Below are positions 1 through 9,900 of a DNA stretch of 38,262 nucleotides, one piece after another. A program made the translations under genes and the position numbers. The notes beneath the pieces were generated by a model. It saw only the letters and a program-made list of their open reading frames with translations. It was not told the origin of the DNA and did not search any database. How positions within the stretch are numbered: the stretch's first letter is position 1; each line of letters starts with the position of its first letter. Source of the DNA: a virus. The stretch covers positions 1 through 38,262 of the IMG/VR virus record IMGVR_UViG_3300008255_000063; one strand, given 5' to 3'.

Positions 1-123
1 GCAAAATAAGCGTTAAGTAGCTCCTCTGATCCTCCTACATCCTCGAGGAGTTGATTGTATGTATCTGGCTCGGAGGTTTTAAGAGTGTCGAGAGTTGCTC
101 CATTCGCCACCAACGCTGAGATA
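1..123. repeat. Terminal direct repeat, copy 1 (identical to 38140..38262). Circular-assembly overlap.
   Basis: Base-by-base comparison shows 1..123 (gcaaaataagcgttaag...caacgctgagata) is identical to 38140..38262. The repeat lies inside a continuous minus-strand reading frame. Confidence 0.97.
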
Positions 124-764
124 TCTGTCTTAGCAGTCTCTCGGAGGTTAGTATTAAACTCATCAATCAAATCCAAACGATCCTGTGCGTTCTTTAAAAA
201 GTTAGCTCGCTCAGTCTGAAACTCAGTAGTGGATCGCATCGCTACACCAGAAAGAAGTGCATTGATTTGTGCATCTTGCTCTCGTCGTCGTGACTGGACC
301 ACTTTATCTATTTCAGTATCTACACCTTGAGCATTTTTAGTTGCAAAAGTAGATCCTCCAAGTCCAGAGTTGTTATTTAATGCTCGAGCTCGAGCCTGGA
401 GTCTTTTACCAGCTTCAAGATCTCCCTCAATAACTTGATCTGTTTGCTGTTTAATAAGATCAATTTGACCTTGAGCCATGCGTTTATTCTTTCGGAAAAT
501 ATCCTCCTCGGTTGGAGCTTTCCCTTGTTCTCCAAAAATAGCATTTGCTCGATCCTCGGCTGTAGTTCTTACAGTTCGAGGTTGCTTTGCCTTGTCCTTT
601 GAGTCATTAGTTGCGTTTGCTGAGTAGCTACTAAGAGAGTTGGTAAAAGACTGGAGACTTTCAAGGAGTCCAGATTTAGCGACAGTATCAGCCTTGCCTT
701 TACTATCAATAGTTGGGATTAACCCAGCTAGAGCTTTATTAAGTTGTGTTGTGTCGACTGGCAT
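1..764 (-). CDS. Internal virion / tail-associated protein, N-terminal part. The gene wraps across the window ends and continues at 38139 down to 37419, giving 494 aa in total.
   Basis: ATG at 764 (plus-strand cat 762..764) lies 1 nt from the stop of ORF 766..2184. The frame stays open to position 1, so no stop is reached and the ORF track omits it. The frame is continuous through the repeat into ORF 37419..38252. My translation reads ...TDISALVANGATLDTLK, which matches that ORF. Confidence 0.85.
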   Translation of the reverse strand, partial: MPVDTTQLNKALAGLIPTIDSKGKADTVAKSGLLESLQSFTNSLSSYSANATNDSKDKAKQPRTVRTTAEDRANAIFGEQGKAPTEEDIFRKNKRMAQGQIDLIKQQTDQVIEGDLEAGKRLQARARALNNNSGLGGSTFATKNAQGVDTEIDKVVQSRRREQDAQINALLSGVAMRSTTEFQTERANFLKNAQDRLDLIDEFNTNLRETAKTDISALVANGATLDTLKTSEPDTYNQLLEDVGGSEELLNAYF

Positions 765-765
765 A

Positions 766-2184
766 TTAGTAGTATTCAGTTACGATTACTATTCCGTTTG
801 ATCCGGCTGAACTATTACTGTCTCTACCACCACGAGATCCGGATCCGTATGCTCCTTGTCCACCAAAAAAAGATGTAGCTCCCATTCCTGGTATGTATCC
901 GGATCTGGCATTATCTTTACTTTCTCCATATCCAAAACCTCCCTCACCTCCGTTTATATTTATATCACCTCCGGTTGCTGTACCTCCAGCACCACCAAAG
1001 TTTGTTCCACTAAGACCTCCACCTCCTCCGGTAGATGTTGCAAAGCCTGTAAAGACAGTAGAATTGCCAGCTACTCCGTTTCCAAAACTCACTGATCCTG
1101 TACCTCCTGTTCCCACTGTGACTGTGACTGTTGATGGTAATGATGAGGCTAGGATTTTCTTTTTAAAATAGCCACCAGAGCCTCCACCAGAGCCTCCACT
1201 TTCTTCGTTAGCATTAGAGTTATTTCCACCTCCACCAGAGCCTCCACCAGCTACACCTTCCACTATAATGTACTCAAGACCAGCGTCTTTTGTCCAAGTT
1301 CCAGATGATGTAAAAGTTACAATTTCTGTCTGAGCGTGGCCGGTTATAGTTGTAGGACTAAATGTCCAGGGTAGAGTCGGAGTGCTAAGTATAAAACTTT
1401 CATCAACTAGACCTAGACCATTTGTTACTACAGACCAAAGCCCAGGATTACCCCCTGTAGAGGTCGCATATTTAGCTTGGAGCACCAAAGGGCCGGCTGA
1501 CCCGATCGCTGTACTTGAGGCCATCTCTGTCTGTGTAGCAAGCTCTACTACACCTCGAGCGGTTTCGTTAGCATCGATGACTCCAGCTCCATTAAAAGCG
1601 ACATAATCAACGTAAGCCTTGCTAGTTAAATGCTGATCACTTGAAAAAGAGGTAGTAGCTACATCAGAGGCATATCGTATTGGAGATGGGATGGTAGCTG
1701 TATCGTTTAGGATATTGGTGATTGTCACTAACTGAAAGTTAGTGATTTTTACAGAGGCTCCTCGTCGATGAGCTTTTTTATTGGCACTTATCTCAGTGGC
1801 TCCGTCCTCTACCGACACTCCTCGGATCATATCTACAATCCTGTTTGAGCTGGACGCTGTACCAATAACAAACTCTCGAGAGGCTGACCCCTCATCGATT
1901 GTAAAAGCGTACTTCTTACCAACAGTGAGATCAGTACCATCGTCGGTAGTAAAAGACACAAGCGTCATCTGAGTGTCGTTGTCTGTTAGACTCGAGGCGA
2001 GTGATGTCTCAAAGCCGGCTACAGTATTGGCGATGGTTGTCCCTAAAGATTGCTCCTCTACCATCTCAGCATTTTGGATGAGAGATACATAATCATCAGT
2101 TTGTGGAACCGTATATCCAGCCAGTGACAATATAAATATTGACGGAGCAAGTAGAAACTTTGTGATGAGAGATAAGATTTCCAT
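766..2184 (-). CDS. Tail fibre-like protein with a C-terminal glycine-rich domain and an N-terminal hydrophobic segment.
   Basis: 472-aa ORF. The C-terminal ~170 aa are Gly-rich (GGGSGGGGNN...GGSGGGSGG...GGGGGLSGTNFGGAGGTATGG...IVIVTEYY), as in the glycine-rich domains of phage minor tail/fibre proteins. The N-terminus is MEILSLITKFLLAPSIFILSLAG. Confidence 0.7.
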   Translation of the reverse strand: MEILSLITKFLLAPSIFILSLAGYTVPQTDDYVSLIQNAEMVEEQSLGTTIANTVAGFETSLASSLTDNDTQMTLVSFTTDDGTDLTVGKKYAFTIDEGSASREFVIGTASSSNRIVDMIRGVSVEDGATEISANKKAHRRGASVKITNFQLVTITNILNDTATIPSPIRYASDVATTSFSSDQHLTSKAYVDYVAFNGAGVIDANETARGVVELATQTEMASSTAIGSAGPLVLQAKYATSTGGNPGLWSVVTNGLGLVDESFILSTPTLPWTFSPTTITGHAQTEIVTFTSSGTWTKDAGLEYIIVEGVAGGGSGGGGNNSNANEESGGSGGGSGGYFKKKILASSLPSTVTVTVGTGGTGSVSFGNGVAGNSTVFTGFATSTGGGGGLSGTNFGGAGGTATGGDININGGEGGFGYGESKDNARSGYIPGMGATSFFGGQGAYGSGSRGGRDSNSSAGSNGIVIVTEYY

Positions 2185-2211
2185 AGAGTTATTATATATT
2201 AAACTTGACTT

Positions 2212-4098
2212 TTAAACCTCTGTATACTGTGGAGTGACTGACCGTCCTTTATACCGGATATCTTTCCACTCGTACTTTCCGACAGAGACATATCCTACCT
2301 TACTAGCATGGAACTTAATGCGGATCTTTTCAAACTTTTCAGTATTGATTTTAAACTCATACTTATAATCGTGGACCGTTACTCCTGTAGTACTACCTCC
2401 GATCATAGTACTACCGACTGTAGGACCTCCGATCGTTACATCATCAGCCAAGTTGACGTAGTTACCTCGACCGGAGATAGTCTTAGCCAACACAAAGTCT
2501 CCACCATCGAGCGATAGCCAGACTTGGAGCTCTTGATCTTTCATGATCTGTCCCTCGAGTAAGAGCCGGTTGACTTGCTTTACCCCTCCAGCGTCCAGAT
2601 CATCGTCGCCAGAGATCCAGTAGTTCTCAATGTTGGCCTCCTCATCAGTAAAGCCAGAGAATAAAGTAAAGACGTTGTTTGATCCAGAGTCTCCAGCTAC
2701 CAGTGTGCTGTTGTATTCATCAGAAACAGATCCTCTAAAGTCTGTAATGTCCCAGGATCCCCAAACTGTGTTATAGAAAAAGGCTCGGTTATTGATAGTC
2801 GAGTTTTTAGTACGACAATAAAGCACGTAGTAAATACCCCATTCTTTTAGGACCGCTTGATCAAAGGAGTAGTTATTAAGATTGATACGATCAGAGATCG
2901 ATGGCGATGTGGTTTTTTCTGAAAACTCAGACTGCTCCATGATCCGGATAAAAGGATCCTCCTCGGAGATAGTATCCACGTATAGTAAGCCTCTCTCAAT
3001 TTCCTCGAGAGCTCGCCAGTATGGGATACCAGTACGCTCTCTATGGACCAAGTTAGTTGCGTTCTCATCATCGGCTGATAGTGAAAGTTTCCAGGTTTTT
3101 TTTACGTGCAAACAGTAGATGTCATCAGAAATACTACCCATGTTTTGAAACTTCGCACCCCCCTCATCTTGTCTTACAGAAAAACCCTCACCAGCTAAGC
3201 GAGTGACAGATTTGTTAAAGTCCACAATCCCCTCATCGGTAGAGTCCTCTGTGTAGTAGTTGGCTGTTATGTTCTGAGTATCGGCCACGTCTGCATTAAA
3301 CTCGATACTGTACGCTCCAGTTGCATAGTTGATAGACCCTGTACCACCGGCTGAGCCTATAAGATTGCCGTTACGATCATCTCGGAACGTCTCCACTCCG
3401 TCGGTTATCCGGACGTACATACAAGTCTTTTTACCTGTGACTGTGGCAAGTGTACCAGCGTATGCACTAGTACTGCCGTCTCCGGTAGCTATAACCTCAG
3501 CCAGCACCTCCGGAAAGTCAGAGAGCTCATCCTTATCAATCCATCCTCGGTATAGTCCGTTTTCGTCAAAGCCTCCCTCAGCATCCTGTCTATTCCAAAG
3601 ATACATCGAGGCTTTTTTAATCTTAATGAGGCCACGATAAGCGTCAGACTCCAGATCGATTACTGACCCAGGGTTAGCCATCGGGATCTTGTAGATCGAA
3701 CTACGAGGACTCGAGAGGTAAAAGAAAGCTCCAGCCTGTGAGTTATACGTATCGATTGCCACATCCTCACCATCGGCACTTTCTGGCAATAGGTTAGGTG
3801 TATCAACCTCTACCCAAAGCTGACTGACATCATCAAAGTATTTTACTTTCCGTCCGTGTGTAACCATGAGGACCTCTGTCTCATCAAAGCGATCTCCTTT
3901 CTTGAGGCCGGTAATACGTCCTACTCCCTCCTCCTCATCTCCCATCAAAGCGTAGCCACCTCGGAGCTCAATCTTATCGCCTTGAGTCATCCAGTTGAGT
4001 GAGTCAGACGCTCCACCACGAGGAACAGAGTCGTCATCGATACGAGTAACGACTCCGGTATTAAAGTTTTCTATAGCGATAGGATTGAGTGTAGGCAT
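2212..4098 (-). CDS. Large tail structural protein of unassigned function, possibly a nozzle / tubular-B analogue.
   Basis: 628-aa ORF with only a 3-nt gap to the upstream 222-aa ORF. A small protein followed by a large one resembles the T7-like tubular A/B pair. This is positional inference only. Confidence 0.6.
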   Translation of the reverse strand: MPTLNPIAIENFNTGVVTRIDDDSVPRGGASDSLNWMTQGDKIELRGGYALMGDEEEGVGRITGLKKGDRFDETEVLMVTHGRKVKYFDDVSQLWVEVDTPNLLPESADGEDVAIDTYNSQAGAFFYLSSPRSSIYKIPMANPGSVIDLESDAYRGLIKIKKASMYLWNRQDAEGGFDENGLYRGWIDKDELSDFPEVLAEVIATGDGSTSAYAGTLATVTGKKTCMYVRITDGVETFRDDRNGNLIGSAGGTGSINYATGAYSIEFNADVADTQNITANYYTEDSTDEGIVDFNKSVTRLAGEGFSVRQDEGGAKFQNMGSISDDIYCLHVKKTWKLSLSADDENATNLVHRERTGIPYWRALEEIERGLLYVDTISEEDPFIRIMEQSEFSEKTTSPSISDRINLNNYSFDQAVLKEWGIYYVLYCRTKNSTINNRAFFYNTVWGSWDITDFRGSVSDEYNSTLVAGDSGSNNVFTLFSGFTDEEANIENYWISGDDDLDAGGVKQVNRLLLEGQIMKDQELQVWLSLDGGDFVLAKTISGRGNYVNLADDVTIGGPTVGSTMIGGSTTGVTVHDYKYEFKINTEKFEKIRIKFHASKVGYVSVGKYEWKDIRYKGRSVTPQYTEV

Positions 4099-4101
4099 AG
4101 T

Positions 4102-4770
4102 TTATTTACCAAGTGCTGAGCGTTGGAGCTCGTCATCCCACTTGACCATATTGCTAAAGAGTTGTCTTACATCAACTCCGTGATACTGGACCATTCGAGC
4201 ATTGATCTCGTCATAGTCAATACCTCCCTTTTGAGAAATAGCAATATCGTACGCTAGGATCATAGCGTCATCCGGAGAAAGCTCCCAAGTCCAGCCGTCG
4301 AGATCCGAGCCGTCTATAGCCGGATCTGTGGTTGTCTTGATGTAGTGGAGGTGAACCGTATATGTACGATCTACTCGACCGGTAATGCCAAACTTACTAT
4401 TTGCATAGTCAAAGTAGTGGAGGTTATTAAGATCCTTATGTGCGAGGTGAGCTCCAAAGATTGTAGGGTACGTGTACATCACGTTATCTCCGGATACTAA
4501 GATGATCGGAGTACGAGGAGATCCCTCGAGATCTCGAGGCTTTAAGACGTTGTATGGCTTTCTAAAGTTAGTCGGTAAGTCTTTAAGCGTCTCATAGGTA
4601 TCGCCTGGACCCCATGTCTTTGATGTATCTACAGTCCGGAGAGCCATCCAGGGACGAGCCCCCTCACGGACACGCTTAGCTGTCTTTAAAAGCTGAGCAT
4701 ACTTAGAGGCTCCCATGTCTCGGCCATCCAAAAGGACAGAGGTTAGTTGTTGTAGTTCTTCGCCATTCAT
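4102..4770 (-). CDS. Tail structural protein of unassigned function, possibly an adaptor / tubular-A analogue.
   Basis: 222-aa ORF. Its ATG overlaps the upstream stop as ATGA (4767..4770), and it sits immediately upstream of the 628-aa ORF. Confidence 0.55.
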   Translation of the reverse strand: MNGEELQQLTSVLLDGRDMGASKYAQLLKTAKRVREGARPWMALRTVDTSKTWGPGDTYETLKDLPTNFRKPYNVLKPRDLEGSPRTPIILVSGDNVMYTYPTIFGAHLAHKDLNNLHYFDYANSKFGITGRVDRTYTVHLHYIKTTTDPAIDGSDLDGWTWELSPDDAMILAYDIAISQKGGIDYDEINARMVQYHGVDVRQLFSNMVKWDDELQRSALGK

Positions 4771-5678
4771 GCGTATTTTTTATTAAAGAGTTCTTTAATA
4801 AAATCCAGGATTAACTTCCAGAGAGGAGTTGCTGGCTGAGTGATTGGCTCGACTTCTACGTCCTCCTCGTCCTTGATTACATGCTCGGCTGTTACGATCA
4901 CTCGGTAGCCATAGTCCATGAAGTCATAATCAGTTGCTAGGCGTTTTATATAATCTCCGTCGTGTGAGTCCAAATAGTTATCAAAAATCGTGTAGAAAGG
5001 CTCCTGGACCACTACAAACGCATGATTAGGAGTCTTGTCAGACCGTGGATAAATACCATTACTAGGCTTCGACCAAGCATACCCCCCCACATCGATGAGA
5101 TCTTCTTTCAGCAACCAGTTGTAATCTCTTTCAAGTACACGCTCGTAGTTAATTGTGAAGCGTTTTTTAAACTCAAGCCCAAGAGCTAAGAGCTCTGGAG
5201 TGATGCGAGCAATATCATGGTACTCCTCCCATGTCATTGTCTTTTCCAGTGGGAGTTTACTTTTAGGGACCATACCCATGTTATAGATAGCGTCACAAGG
5301 AGCTTTGAGAGAGTTACCGTTACGAGTTGTGCCAGAGAGAATAGCAATAAAAGCATCAGAAAAAGTGACGCCATCATCAGAAAAATAACCATTATCGATT
5401 AGCCATTGTTTGTTTTCTGGAGAGATCTTGTCATTACTAAAGAGGTAGTTAAACTTTGTCTCTAAGATATTCACCGGAGCTCGAGAGGCACAGTCCATCG
5501 TGTCATTCTTTCCTTTTTGGATCTCACCGGCTGGCAAGTATTTAAGACGTTCTGTGCTCGGCATTTCGGCTGATAAACAAACAGGTGAGGAGCTACCAAA
5601 AATCCAGTCCTCAGCACTTTGATCAGCTATTTCTTTGGCTAGATCCAGGCCGTAGTTTACTGTGGTATTTTGCTCCAT
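4767..5678 (-). CDS. Putative papain-like cysteine peptidase-fold protein.
   Basis: 303-aa ORF. It has a Gln...Cys motif (EIQKGKNDTMDCASRAP), a downstream NHAF (TPNHAFVVVQ) and then DNY. This matches the Q/C/H/N order of papain-fold enzymes, with His in an NHA(V/F) context. Confidence 0.4.
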   Translation of the reverse strand: MEQNTTVNYGLDLAKEIADQSAEDWIFGSSSPVCLSAEMPSTERLKYLPAGEIQKGKNDTMDCASRAPVNILETKFNYLFSNDKISPENKQWLIDNGYFSDDGVTFSDAFIAILSGTTRNGNSLKAPCDAIYNMGMVPKSKLPLEKTMTWEEYHDIARITPELLALGLEFKKRFTINYERVLERDYNWLLKEDLIDVGGYAWSKPSNGIYPRSDKTPNHAFVVVQEPFYTIFDNYLDSHDGDYIKRLATDYDFMDYGYRVIVTAEHVIKDEEDVEVEPITQPATPLWKLILDFIKELFNKKYA

Positions 5679-5687
5679 ATGAGTTTA

Positions 5688-5927
5688 TTAAATGTTATTA
5701 TCGCTGGACGATGCTGTCTGAGGGAGATCCTTAAAGCGGATCACTTTATTGACAACTCCATTACCATCCTGTCCAGGCTCTACTATACCTGTATATATTA
5801 GCACCTGTGCGATGTCTTCCATAGCCTTTTTTTGCTCAAGGACTTTTTGGTATAAGACAAAGTCAAGAATAAAAGTCAATCCAAAAACCATTATGATTAC
5901 TATGTAAAATAAGGATTTTTTAATCAT
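5688..5927 (-). CDS. Small membrane protein.
   Basis: 79-aa ORF with an N-terminal TM-like segment (SLFYIVIIMVFGLTFILDFVL). Its start overlaps the upstream stop as ATGA at 5924..5927. Confidence 0.6.
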   Translation of the reverse strand: MIKKSLFYIVIIMVFGLTFILDFVLYQKVLEQKKAMEDIAQVLIYTGIVEPGQDGNGVVNKVIRFKDLPQTASSSDNNI

Positions 5928-6199
5928 ATTTTTTTATCTAAATGGATCATTAACCTCTCGTGACTTTTAACTGTATCCGCCATTACCATTGAGTTTTGTT
6001 GTAGCTGATCAAGGACTTTTGTCCTTACTTCCTTTTCCACCAGCCGGATCTGATTCTCACGCTCCATCATGGCCGTCTCATGTTTCTCTGTCCTTTTGTC
6101 TAAATGCTCGAGGAACTTAATGCAAACGTAAACCAATGCAAGCACTGAGATCACTCCGATCGATAGCTGGGTAATACCCGATAGTAAAGTTGATTCCAT
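5924..6199 (-). CDS. Small membrane protein (one TM segment plus a charged helical tail).
   Basis: I place the start at the internal ATG 6199 (MESTLLSGITQLSIGVISVLALVYVCIKF...), giving 91 aa. The track start at 6358 would overlap the 3' end of ORF 6264..6914 by 95 nt. Confidence 0.55.
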   Translation of the reverse strand: MESTLLSGITQLSIGVISVLALVYVCIKFLEHLDKRTEKHETAMMERENQIRLVEKEVRTKVLDQLQQNSMVMADTVKSHERLMIHLDKKI

Positions 6200-6263
6200 A
6201 TTTAATGTTAATGACTCAATTTTAACACCATTGACACAAGTGTATACGCTCCTTATAAACAGT

Positions 6264-6914
6264 TTAGAAAGAAAAGATTGATTGAGCTGTTGATGTAGAC
6301 CCACCTCCGCCTCCGCCACTTGGAGCATCATCGTATTCGATATAGATATCAAGACCACCGTTACTTACTGTAGAACAGGCACAGGGATCGCTTGGACCAT
6401 CAGAAAAGATATCCGGATCAGACCGCACTAAACCAGAGTTGTTGGCTCGAGATACGTTCATGTTTCCAGTACCAGGATCAGACCAGTGGATACCTATCCA
6501 GTAGGGAGTACTAGTAGATACAGTGATTTGATTGGCCCCACTAAACGTATAAGACACAGCCGTTTCACTTGTACCAGTGTTAATGACAACAGTATCAGAA
6601 TAAGCTAAGAGAGCGTCTGGTGATCCGGCTGTATCGCTATATATCACAAGGCGAGTATTTGAGTTTACTGTCCCCCCATTCCACACTCGAGCTACCCCAC
6701 TTACTACTTGGCCACTTGAAGCTGGACTCGCTGAGTAGACATACTTTCTATCCACTGAGTTAGTCTGGACCGATCTATTATTGGCTGTGATACCAAAGGA
6801 AACTATAGCTCCAAGATTCTCCTCTGGCTCTATTGGAGGATTATAAGTAACCTCAGTAAAGAGTAGTACTGTAATAAAGAGGACAGCCACTATGTACTTG
6901 ATTAGTTTTCGCAT
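6264..6914 (-). CDS. Secreted or anchored beta-rich structural protein (hypothetical).
   Basis: Start taken at ATG 6914 (MRKLIKYIVAVLFITVLLF...), 1 nt after the stop of the 1059-aa ORF (6916). 216 aa with an N-terminal hydrophobic helix and a C-terminal GGGGGG tract. Confidence 0.65.
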   Translation of the reverse strand: MRKLIKYIVAVLFITVLLFTEVTYNPPIEPEENLGAIVSFGITANNRSVQTNSVDRKYVYSASPASSGQVVSGVARVWNGGTVNSNTRLVIYSDTAGSPDALLAYSDTVVINTGTSETAVSYTFSGANQITVSTSTPYWIGIHWSDPGTGNMNVSRANNSGLVRSDPDIFSDGPSDPCACSTVSNGGLDIYIEYDDAPSGGGGGGSTSTAQSIFSF

Positions 6915-6915
6915 A

Positions 6916-9900
6916 TTATTCTCGAGTCCAGTTTCCAAAGACACTGATCGTTACGTAGTTTACTGCTCCAGTAGTAGCTCCAAAGTCGATGTATTGAAGC
7001 TCTGAGGCTATGTAGGTTGCGTTTGTGATAGATCCGTCGTCAGTTGTATTGGTCGTGCCACAAGTAATATCCTCGCTCGAGTTACCACTAGCATCTTCTA
7101 TTGCTATAACCTTTGAAGTACCTCCTGTAACGTGACATTGGATCCGACTGATCGTGTAGCCATCTAGGTATGTGGCTGTTGGTAGTAGTCCTCCAGAGAT
7201 AAAGGCATCTGAGGTTGAGGCTACTGTAGTACCCCATATCCGGATATCTTTTGTAGGGATGACGTGAGGTGTAGCTCCAATAATAAGTTGATTATCTGTC
7301 GTGTCGTAAGCGATCTCTCCGGCTGAGTTGACAGTAGGGTTAGTTCCGTTTGGTATTTCCAGACTTGTAGCTCCACCAAAATCCCACTCACCTAAAAGAG
7401 TTGTGATACCTGTATTGAGCATTTCCATAAACTTAGTACCAGCGTTTGAGAACAAAGTTAAAATACTAGCTCCAGATATTCCATGTACATTTAAGTCGGA
7501 AAAAACTGAGGGAGCTGATTGTATCGTTGGCTCAACGTATTTGTCTGGATATTCATTGTCTCCTATATGCCACAGAGAAACTCGCTTTATACCCTGTCGC
7601 TCGGCTCGTTCACGTTTAATATTTAAGGCTTCACTGTCAGAGACAAAATAACTGTTTCCTCCATTTGTCCAAGTAAGCTCTCCAGACTCAGCATCTCGAG
7701 TGGCTCCAGAAAAACCAGGGACCGAACTGATAGCATCGTATGTGTATGCTGTAAAAGAATATCCACCAGTTGCTCCACCGTATCCAGAGGCCGGTATACC
7801 AATAATCAAGCGATCATGGTTACTGATTTTAGATTTTGCATAGTTGATGATTTCATCTTGCCATTTTAAAGGAGCGTTTGGTCGTCCGGCTCCATAGTCA
7901 AAGTGATAGTCGTATACTGCAATAAGTAGATAGTCTACAGGTACGTCCTCAAAGTCCTCATACTCAAGTTGATAGTAACCATCGCTGTTTGCACTATCCC
8001 ATTCATCTCCGGATCCGGATTCACAGTTAGAGCATGAGTTCCAAATAGGAGGGAGGTAGATCATAGTTTTAAGACCATATTTGTGAGCCTCGTTTGAGAG
8101 ATATCTTACATAGTTAATATAGTCAGTTGTCTCTCCAGCCGTCCACGATCCAAATCCCTCCCAGTCTAGCTCAATGCCTGTAAAGCCAGTAGAGGTTGCA
8201 AAGGCAATAAGCTCAGCCGTCATGCTTGTTACAAGTGTACTAGAGCCTGTCAGAGTGTGGATCTCTGGATCGTTACCGGACACCGTCACAAATTGCTCAG
8301 TCGAGTTATCTTTGATGATGAGTGTATTAGTAGCGTTATAACCAAAAGCACCATAACCGGCTACAGTCCGGAGATCAAGGGTTCCTATATCACCACCAGT
8401 AGCATCTACCTCATACCAAATTGGCTTGATCGTATGAAAGTTATTCGCCTCGATATCAGTATTTACATTTAAAGCATCCGGAAAAGTCCAGCCTTGAAGT
8501 GTAGATCTCCATTCTGTTGTAGTTGCTGATCCTCCAGAGCCGGATGCTGTGACACAGGTAAAAGATCCAGTATCACTGATATCCTGGAGAAAATCATTCC
8601 CAGTACAAGGAGTACCAAAAAACGATGCTAGAGTCGGAGACGTGATACTAGGCGATGTCCCAAACACAAGAGCTCCGGATCCAGTTTCTCCAGTTACAGC
8701 ACTGGCTAAGTTTGCACTCGATGGTGTACCTAAGAAAGTCGCTACTCCTGTACCGAGTCCGGATACTCCAGTCGCAATAGGGAGGCTTGTTGCATCAGAT
8801 AGGTTGAAAGCTGGAGTGGCATCAGTACCTCCAAGAGAAAGCGACACACCTCCGTACGAGACAGAGGAGTTTGCCAGCATAGCATTTGAGATAGCACTGT
8901 TATCTACAGTACAGGTCGTACCATTACAAGTAAAAGATCCAAAGTCCGAGGCTGAGAGATTATCCGGATCGATGGCATTAGCCGTGATTTGCTGAGTAGC
9001 CAAAGATAAATAATCCTCTCCAGCTAGAGTAACGGCATTGTGCATATTGGTATATGCTGTCTGCCAGTCAGTAGTTGAAGCTGTCAAAATTGGCCCATAA
9101 CCACTGTCATAAGCGATTGCTAGTGTGCCAGTAGTAGTTACTGGACTCCCTGTCACTGTAAAGCCTGTAGGGACCGTCTGAGCGACGCTAGTGACTGATC
9201 CACCGCCACCTCCGGCCGGTACAGCCCAAGTACCATCTCCTCTCCAAAAAGAAGTTGATGAGGCTCCGGTTCCACTATTAAGATTAGCTACTGCTAAGTT
9301 ACCAGTCACACCATTTGCTAGGTTGACTTGATTCCAAGATGGGTTATTGGATGTGCCTTGATTAGATAAATATCGTGTGGCGTTAGTATCTTTAGCAAGC
9401 TCAGCGATTGAGCCGGCACTTGCTCCATATAAAAGATCGCCTTGTGCTACTGCACCTCCAGCAAAGTTGTTGCCATCAAACGTACCTGTCATAGCGGATG
9501 TGAGGACCGCTAGAGTACCGGATGTTGGATAGGTGACGTTTGTGTTTCCAGTAGTAGTGAGGGTAAGACTGTGAGCTCCAGAGCGGATAAAGCTGTTGGC
9601 TCCGATTGTAAAAGTAGATGGGAGCACCGGAGTACCTGTAAATGTTGGTGAGGCTAGAGGAGCTTTGAGATCTAGTGAGGCTTGTGTAGGGATGACATAT
9701 CCAGTATCCAGTCCAAAAGCCAAAGTCCCCGATGAAGTAATCGGAGATCCTGTGATAGTTAGTCCTGTCGGTACGGTAGCGGAAACGCTCGTAACAGTGC
9801 CAGTTGCCCCTCCACCGCCTCCGGCTGGCCAAGTAGTCTCACAGGTATCTCCAGTGAGACAGATCTGAGCCACAGTGATTGTAGCGTTCCCCATCCATAC

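Noticed and set aside
6200-6358. The long version (144 aa) of ORF 5924..6358.
   Set aside because: It overlaps the 3' end of ORF 6264..6914 by 95 nt, and the extra residues are not protein-like. The internal ATG at 6199 gives a typical 91-aa TM protein. The 64-nt gap upstream contains a possible extended -10 (TGTTAAAAT, plus strand 6219..6227), which I consider too weak to report as a feature.
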